From contig NC_052161.1 of assembly GCF_902713615.1 (NCBI RefSeq), forward strand, positions 4,195,698 to 4,259,697: a stretch of DNA of 64,000 nt, read 5' to 3'. Position 1 is the stretch's first letter, and the number at the start of each line of letters is the position of its first letter. The position numbers and the translations under genes were made by a program. Source of the stretch: Scyliorhinus canicula (Eukaryota). Positions 57,791-64,000 of the stretch are shown one piece after another. The notes under the pieces are model-generated. The model was not told the DNA's origin, did not search any database, and worked only from the letters and a program-made list of their open reading frames with translations.

Positions 57791-58367
57791 CTAAAGATCA
57801 AGAAATCCTGAGCATCTCTCAATCCTGAGCATCTCTCAAACAGTAAAATGTACACAATTTACAGGGTCTAAAATTAGGAAAATGTAGATCTAGTCCATTT
57901 TGACAATATCCTAAAGGTCAATAAGTATCACGGTTTAGAATAAAACAGACTAGAGTTAGCTGATCTCAGCTGAAGCAGTAGTGGAACAGATAAAATCAGC
58001 TTAATTCTTCCAGGCTAAGCCAGAGATCCCACTCCTTATTATCCAGTGGCCGACCAGAAACATATTTCTTGGGAATGGATGAACAACTTCTCCACAGACA
58101 AATGATCACTTCCTCTCAATAAACATGGCTCAGATCACCATTTTGGCCATGGTCTCCCATTAACAAAAAACATCCAACAAATGTTTCGGAGCGAGCCTCC
58201 AAAAGAGCAACCCCCACCCCCATCCATGTAACAGCATAACCCCACCTAACCTACTCATCTTTGACACTAAGGGGCAATTCAGCATGGCCAAATCATCTTC
58301 AAACATATATTTCATTCCTTTTAAAATTTCCAGATAAACTCGGCTACAGCGTAAAATTAAAAAAAAT

Positions 58368-58595
58368 TTTTTTTTTTTAAAAAGAGAACCCAATTTTTTT
58401 TTCCCAATTAAGGGCCAATTTAACATGGCCAATTCTCCTACCTGCACATCTTTTTGGGTTGTGGAGGTGAGACCCACACAGACACGGGGAGAATGTGCAA
58501 ACTCCACACGGACAGTGACCTGGGGCCAGGATCGAACCCGGGTCCTCGGCGCTGTGGGGAAGCAGTGCTAACCACTGCGCCATTGTGCCACCCCA
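58368..58595 (-). mobile_element. HE1-type SINE, short subfamily
   Basis: head/core/A-T tail. Confidence 0.9.
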
Positions 58596-59184
58596 CAGCT
58601 TTGATAGTTAAACAGATCTTTTGACCAGTAAATCCATGCCATTTATAATCATGTAGTCCATTACTTCAACAGCCCTTTGTCTGGAAACATACCGTATTTC
58701 ATACTACAAAATTAGGGTTTAAGCTCACTTTTGCTGATTCACTACATGCAAATCTTCCATTACTTGCACGGTCATACTCAAACATTTATGGCTTCCACTT
58801 GATTTTTCCCTTAACTGTCTCTGCTCCAAGCTCTAATCACCTAACTGAGGGCTGGGCATGAGAGATACACCAATTTAAAAGATTTTGGACTTAGTAGTGT
58901 TATTGCAATTGGAAAGATCCAGATAGCTGTCATTAAGAATGGACGTGGCCATAATTTCACAGTGCCAAGACAACACTGTTCTCCAACTAAGGTCAACCAT
59001 GTGAATTTTAATTCACTTAGCTGCAATAAATCAAATAAGTTTTTAAAAAAAAAAACAATTACAATGGTTTGTGTTGACAGTAGGATTGCTGACTCATTTA
59101 TTTCAGAACTCTGAACATATCCCAATATTTGCAGAAGTTACCCGCAGAAGAATATAGCAGAAGATAATAAAATGTAAAGCTCAC

Positions 59185-59283
59185 CAGTCCACAACACATC
59201 AATGCCAGGTAGTAGTTTATCCCCTACGGTCCGAAGATATGGAGAATGTGCAACGTTGGGGTAGCAAAAGGTTCCACAGTACT
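59185..59283 (-). CDS. OGA: O-GlcNAcase exon 6 (GH84 catalytic barrel)
   Basis: ttcAG|AG TAC...ACT G|GTGAGC; 99 nt; [34 protein letters not shown]. Confidence 0.96.
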
Positions 59284-59744
59284 CTGAACAAGATTAATAA
59301 TTTATAAAAATCAGTACCAATCTCAACAATCACCTCAAGTAACATGCACAGAAATGGTCAATGTATTAAAAGCATTCATCAGAAACGTCAAAAGAGAAAG
59401 ACATGTAAATCAGTCACGGTAAAACCAAATAGTTCAATGTTTTCACAAGACTACTCAACATACTAAAACAGCATGTGAAATCTCACGGGTAGTGAAGTTG
59501 GTGGTGGGAGTGATCGTGCCACATGTTTGCATTTCCTGACCTATATTTTAGGCTCCAATCAACTTTATTTCTCGGTTTTCCAAATGCCAAAAGTTTTGTT
59601 TCAATAAATTATAGGAATTAAAATAAAGACAGAGGCACAACTAAAAATGAAGGCTAAATGCACATCCTGCCCAATTATCCCATGCCCTCCAAGGGCTTCA
59701 ATATAAGACTATACTTGGTCTTGATTCCCCATGTGTAACGCTAG

Positions 59745-60080
59745 GGGCAGCACAGTAGCATAGTGGTTAGCACAGTTACTGCACAGCTCCAGGGTCCCAT
59801 GTTTGATTCCCGGCTTGGGTCACTGTCTTTGTGGAGTCTGCACGTTCTACCCATGTCTGCGTGGGTTTCCTCCGGTTGCTCCAGTTTCCTCCCACAGTCC
59901 AAAGATGTGCAAGTTTGGTGGATAGGTCATTCTAAATTGCCATTAAGCAAAAAGGTTAGGTGGGGTTAAGGGAATAAGGGAGATAGGGTGGAAGCGAGGG
60001 GCTTGGCTGGGGTGTTCTTTCCAAGGGCCGGTGCAGACTCGATGGACTGAATGGCCTCCTTCTGCACTGTAAATTCTATG
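59745..60080 (+). mobile_element. full-length HE1 SINE with CR1-derived tail
   Basis: GGGGCAGCAC head to GCACTGTAAATTCTATG tail. Confidence 0.92.
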
Positions 60081-60135
60081 GTAATGGTACAGGAGATAGC
60101 CTAGCAACCTATAATGCAACACTGCTATTCTTGGG

Positions 60136-60422
60136 CAGCACGGTAGCACAGTGATTAGCACTGTTGCTTCACAGTGCTACGATCCCAGATCAGGCCACTG
60201 TCTGTGCGGAGTTTGCACGTTCTCCCCGTATCTGCGTGGGTTTCCTCTGGGTGCCCCGGTTTCCTCCCACAAGTCCCGAAAGATGGGCTGTTAGGTAATT
60301 TGGACATTCTGAATTCTCCCTTACTGTACCCGAACAAGCGCCAGAGTATGGCGACTAGGGCCTTTTCACGGTAACTTCATTGCGGTGCTAATGTAAGCCT
60401 ACTTGTGACAATAAAGATTATT
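60136..60422 (+). mobile_element. HE1-type SINE with GTGACAATAAAG tail
   Basis: HE1 head/core plus GTACCCGAACAAGCGCCAGAGTATGGCGACTAGGG...CTTGTGACAATAAAGATTATT. Confidence 0.88.
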
Positions 60423-60534
60423 GTAAGCAGCAAATTAATGAACTCACCACGAAAATGCCACAAAAGAATCATTAATATTTACAAAGATGCCAAGACATGC
60501 TATCCCACTTTTAGTAACTCTAGTACCAAAATTA

Positions 60535-60753
60535 TAATGTGGAGATGCTGGCGTTGGACTGGGGTGAGCACAGTAAGAAGTCTTACAACACCAGGTTAAA
60601 GTCCAACAGGTTTGTTTCAAACATGAGCTTTCGGAGCATTGCTCCTTCCTCAGGTGAATCACCTGAGGAAGGAGCAGTGCTCCGAAAGCTCGTGTTTGAA
60701 ACAAACCTGTTGGACTTTAACCTGGTGTTGTAAGACTTCTTACTGTGCTCACC
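60535..60753. mobile_element. Penelope-like terminal repeats fused as a 94-bp-arm palindrome
   Basis: arms 60563-60656 and 60660-60753, 92/94 complementary, 3-nt loop. Confidence 0.85.
60657..60698 (+). ncRNA. minimal type I hammerhead ribozyme motif (PLE-associated)
   Basis: AAUCAC-CUGAGGA-A-GGAGC(AGU)GCUCC-GAA-AGCU-C-GUGUUU: core, stem II, palindromic stem III, stem I; mirror copy on - strand. Confidence 0.6.
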
Positions 60754-61416
60754 AAAATTATAGGAATAGGATTACAGTTTCATTTTTGATTCTGTCATGG
60801 TTCGAGACTGGTCTTTGGCTACATGTGACACTTGCCCTAACAAATCAAATCTGATTTGGATACACATTGTGTAGTACACCCAAGTCTATTTAATCTTCCC
60901 TCATTTGCACTGGCCGCAGTCAGTAAATACATTTCTAAAATTAGCTCAGTAAAATTCCTGTTTGCAGTATGAAACTCATGCTTCACTGCTACTCAGATGT
61001 TTTACAACAGAGACCAATGCAGGGAGCAAATAAAAAAATTGGCACACGCACAAATCCTACCACAGGAGATTGCCCATTCATACAAAGATCCATCTGGAGC
61101 CCCACCACACCAAGCAATAAACCAATTACAGCAGAAGTGAAATCCAAAAGACAACATTGGCAATTTTACAAGCCTGCAGCCAGCAAACCTTGTGGCCTGA
61201 ATGTTAATGACACACAAAGTTCAGAAAACATGTACTTACAAAATTTGTTGGGATTCACAGAAAAAGTTACAGCGCAGGAGGACATTCGGTCCAATGTGTC
61301 TGCAGACACTCCAAACGAGCATGACTTTGGGCCATCCTCCTGCCTTTTCCCTGGACCCCTGCACATTGCTTCTATTCAAATAATCATCTAATGCCTTCTT
61401 GAGTGCCTCAACCACA

Positions 61417-61639
61417 TTTTAAAAAAAATTTAGAGTACCCAATTATTTTTTTCCAATTAAAGGGCAATTTAGCGTGGCCAATCCACCTACCCTGCACATC
61501 TATTGGGTTGTGGGAGTGAAACCCACGCAGACACGGGGAGAATGTGCAAACTCCACACGGACAGTGACCCAGAGCCGGGATCGAACTTAGGACCTCGGTG
61601 CCGTGAGGCAGCAGTGCTAACCCACTGCGCCACCGTGCT
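61417..61639 (-). mobile_element. HE1-type SINE, short subfamily
   Basis: 10-bp TSD ctcaaccaca (61407-61416 / 61640-61649). Confidence 0.9.
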
Positions 61640-61649
61640 CTCAACCACA

Positions 61650-62960
61650 ATTTCAAGCCACGCATACCAGACCCAGATCAACCACTGTGTGAAAAAGGTT
61701 TTTCTTCTTTTACTTCTTATTTCACATTTACGTCTTTTGAAAATCACTTTAAAACCTATGCCCTCATTCTCGATCCTTTTATGTCTCCCTATCCATTCTG
61801 TCCATCCCCTTCACGATTTTGAGCACCTGTAACAAATCTCCTCTACAAGTCCAAACCTCTCCAATCTATCCTCACAACGGAAGTTTCTCATCCCTAGAGG
61901 AACATCTTTCATAAAGTGTTGCACCCAGAACTGTACACAATACTCCAGCTGAGGTCTAACTGGTGTCTTGTATACATTCAGCACAACCTCCTTGCTCTTG
62001 TACGCTATTCCCCCATGAATAAAGCTCACGGTACTATCTGCTTTATTAACTGCTCTCTCCACCTGTCCTGCCACCTTCAATGATCTACGCACATTTACAC
62101 CGGGATCCCTTTGGTCTTCTACCCCTAAAGAATTTTACCCCTTATGTCGTCAGTCCAGGTTCTTCCTTTCAAAATGTGTCACCTCAACACTTCTTAAAGT
62201 TCTGCTGCCATCTCCACCAGCTTGTCCATGTCCTTTTGAAGTTCTATACTGTCCTGCTCACAGTTTACAATGGGGCCAGGGCCAGCAAGTGGGAGTTGGT
62301 TTGTCATGCGGAGCAAGGTCAACAGCGCGGGCTTCATTCTTGTACTGGCTAAAGTTATTCATGAAAGCCCCAGGTTTCAACCTTGTCCCTCATCTCAGGT
62401 GTGGTGATCCTCAGGCTAAATCACCACCAGTCAGTTGTACCCGAAAAGGGGAAAGCAGTCTGTGATCATAAACACGGGGAGAAAGTGCAAACTCCACACG
62501 GACAGTGACCCAGAGCCAGGATCGAACCTGGGACCTCGATGCCGTGAGGCAGCAGTGCTATGGCAGCTTTACTTAGTTCAAAGTTTCATGCCACCCACAA
62601 ACTTGTTCCCTGCACCATGATGATTAATATATATATATATAAAAGGAAAAACAAGGGTCCTAATACCGACCCCTGGGGAACCAACCTACCAATCTGAAAC
62701 ATATCCATTGACCATTACTCTCCATTACACATCCAATTTTGTACGCATGTTGCCACCACCCCTTTTATTCAATGAGTTATAACTTTTCTCACAAGCCCAT
62801 TCTGTGGCACTGCATCAAATCCCTTCGAATGTCCAAGCACATCTTCTGTTGTCTCTTCAAAAATATTCCATATTAGTTAAACCCAATTTCCCCTTTAGCA
62901 ATCCTTGCTGGCTCTCCCTAATCAACCCATATTTCTCCTTGTGACTACAAATTCTATGCA
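61650..62960 (-). mobile_element. fragmented CR1 RT/C-terminus interrupted by SINEs
   Basis: VYKTPVRPQLEYCVQFWVQH ORF 61811-62092; SINE 62270-62580 nested. Confidence 0.75.
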
Positions 62961-62977
62961 AATAATTGTTTCTATGG

Positions 62978-63200
62978 CCGGCATGGTGGCGCAGTGGTTA
63001 GCACTGCTGCCTCACAGCGCTGAGGGCCGGGGTTCGACCCCAGCCCCAAGTCACTGTCCGTGTGGAGTTTGCACATTCTCCCAGTGTCTGTGTGGGTTTC
63101 ACTCCCAACAGCCCTAAAGATGTGCAGGGTAGGTGGATTGGCCATGCAAAATTGTCTCTCAATTGGAAAAACAAAATTGGGTAATCCAAATAATTAAAAA
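62978..63200 (+). mobile_element. HE1-type SINE, short subfamily
   Basis: head/core/tail. Confidence 0.88.
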
Positions 63201-63547
63201 GGCATGGCTTGAAGGTAGCAATGTCGTCCGCATACTGAAGCTCCATGAGCGATATCAGTCTTGTTTTCTTCTTGGATTGCAACGAGTGGAGATTGAAATT
63301 TATTTCGTCCATCCTAAGTGAATGATGTCCACGCCACTGGAAAGCTTTCTTTTGGCAGGTGATGGTGGTGGCAATGAAGGTGGAGAAAAAGGTTGGGGTA
63401 ATGACACATCTCTGCTCGATTCCAGTCTTGACCTCGATTTCAGTCAGTGAGGACTATCATCTTGTTGTGGAAGAGTTGGAGGATGCTAATGAATTTCTCT
63501 GGACAGGTGGCCTTTGACAGGGTCTTCCAGATTCAATCAAATGCCTT

Positions 63548-64000
63548 GGGTGCGATTCTCCGCCCCCCCCCCCCCCACGCCGGGTGGGAGAATAGCGGGA
63601 AGCCTCCCGACATTTTTCATGCCCTCCCGCTATTCTCTCTCTCTCTTCCCCCCCCCCTCCCCCCCCCCCCACGCCACTCGACGTTTTTTACGCTGAGCGG
63701 CGATTCTCCGAGGCCGATGGGCCGAGCCTTCACGCCCGTTTCAACACGGCAGCAAACACACCTGCTAGCTGCCGTAGTGAAACGGGCGCCAGATGCCCGT
63801 TTGGGGCATCTGGGGGCCCGATTGGCACGGCCGTACCAAGGGGGGCATGGGCCCGTGATCGGTGGGCACCGATCGCTAGCCTTGCGTCCGTAACGGACGC
63901 ACTATTTTCCCTCCGCCGCCCCGCAAGATCAAGCCGCCACGTCTTGCGGGGCAGCTGAGGGAAAAGACGCCAACCGCGCATGCGCGGGTTAGCATTGTCC
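63548..64000. mobile_element. GC/CpG-rich interspersed repeat, probable non-autonomous DNA transposon (runs off the window)
   Basis: starts GGGTGCGATTCTCC with internal GGAGAAT/ATTCTCC inverted motifs; no coding similarity recognised. Confidence 0.5.

Noticed and set aside
59284-64000. OGA exons 1-5 (including the catalytic DD motif)
   Set aside because: No LLFDDI-like coding sequence was seen; it presumably lies beyond the window. POLL BRCT exons likewise lie before position 1.

Overview
Vertebrate genomic DNA, almost certainly elasmobranch: it is dense in HE1/V-SINE-type SINEs, and a catshark is an inferred guess. It is not prokaryotic, and there is no CRISPR, rRNA or true tRNA gene. Two genes converge tail-to-tail. 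On + are the last four coding exons of DNA polymerase lambda (POLL, 1326-9601). On - are 11 consecutive coding exons of O-GlcNAcase (OGA/MGEA5, human-numbered exons 6-16, 59283-21040). All splice junctions are GT-AG and phase-consistent. Introns hold CR1, L1-clade, Rex1 and L2-like LINEs, several SINE families, two solo LTRs, Penelope-like termini, a Gypsy relic, minisatellites and a 166-N gap. The strongest unexplained signal is OGA intron 11: short (1031 nt), apparently TE-free, with three strong cryptic acceptors, a duplicated CpG-rich module and potential alternative RNA stems. A related CpG cluster, cryptic terminal exon and poly(A) signal lie in intron 10. Together these suggest a decoy/poison-splicing autoregulatory system for O-GlcNAc homeostasis. 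Other highlights: a self-regenerating splice donor in POLL, a VNTR born from the POLL stop codon, a double-hammerhead palindrome, one SINE body with tails implying three LINE partners, and a gene order implying inversion of the FGF8 block relative to human. Exon numbers and family names come from recalled homology, not database searches; TE boundaries are approximate.
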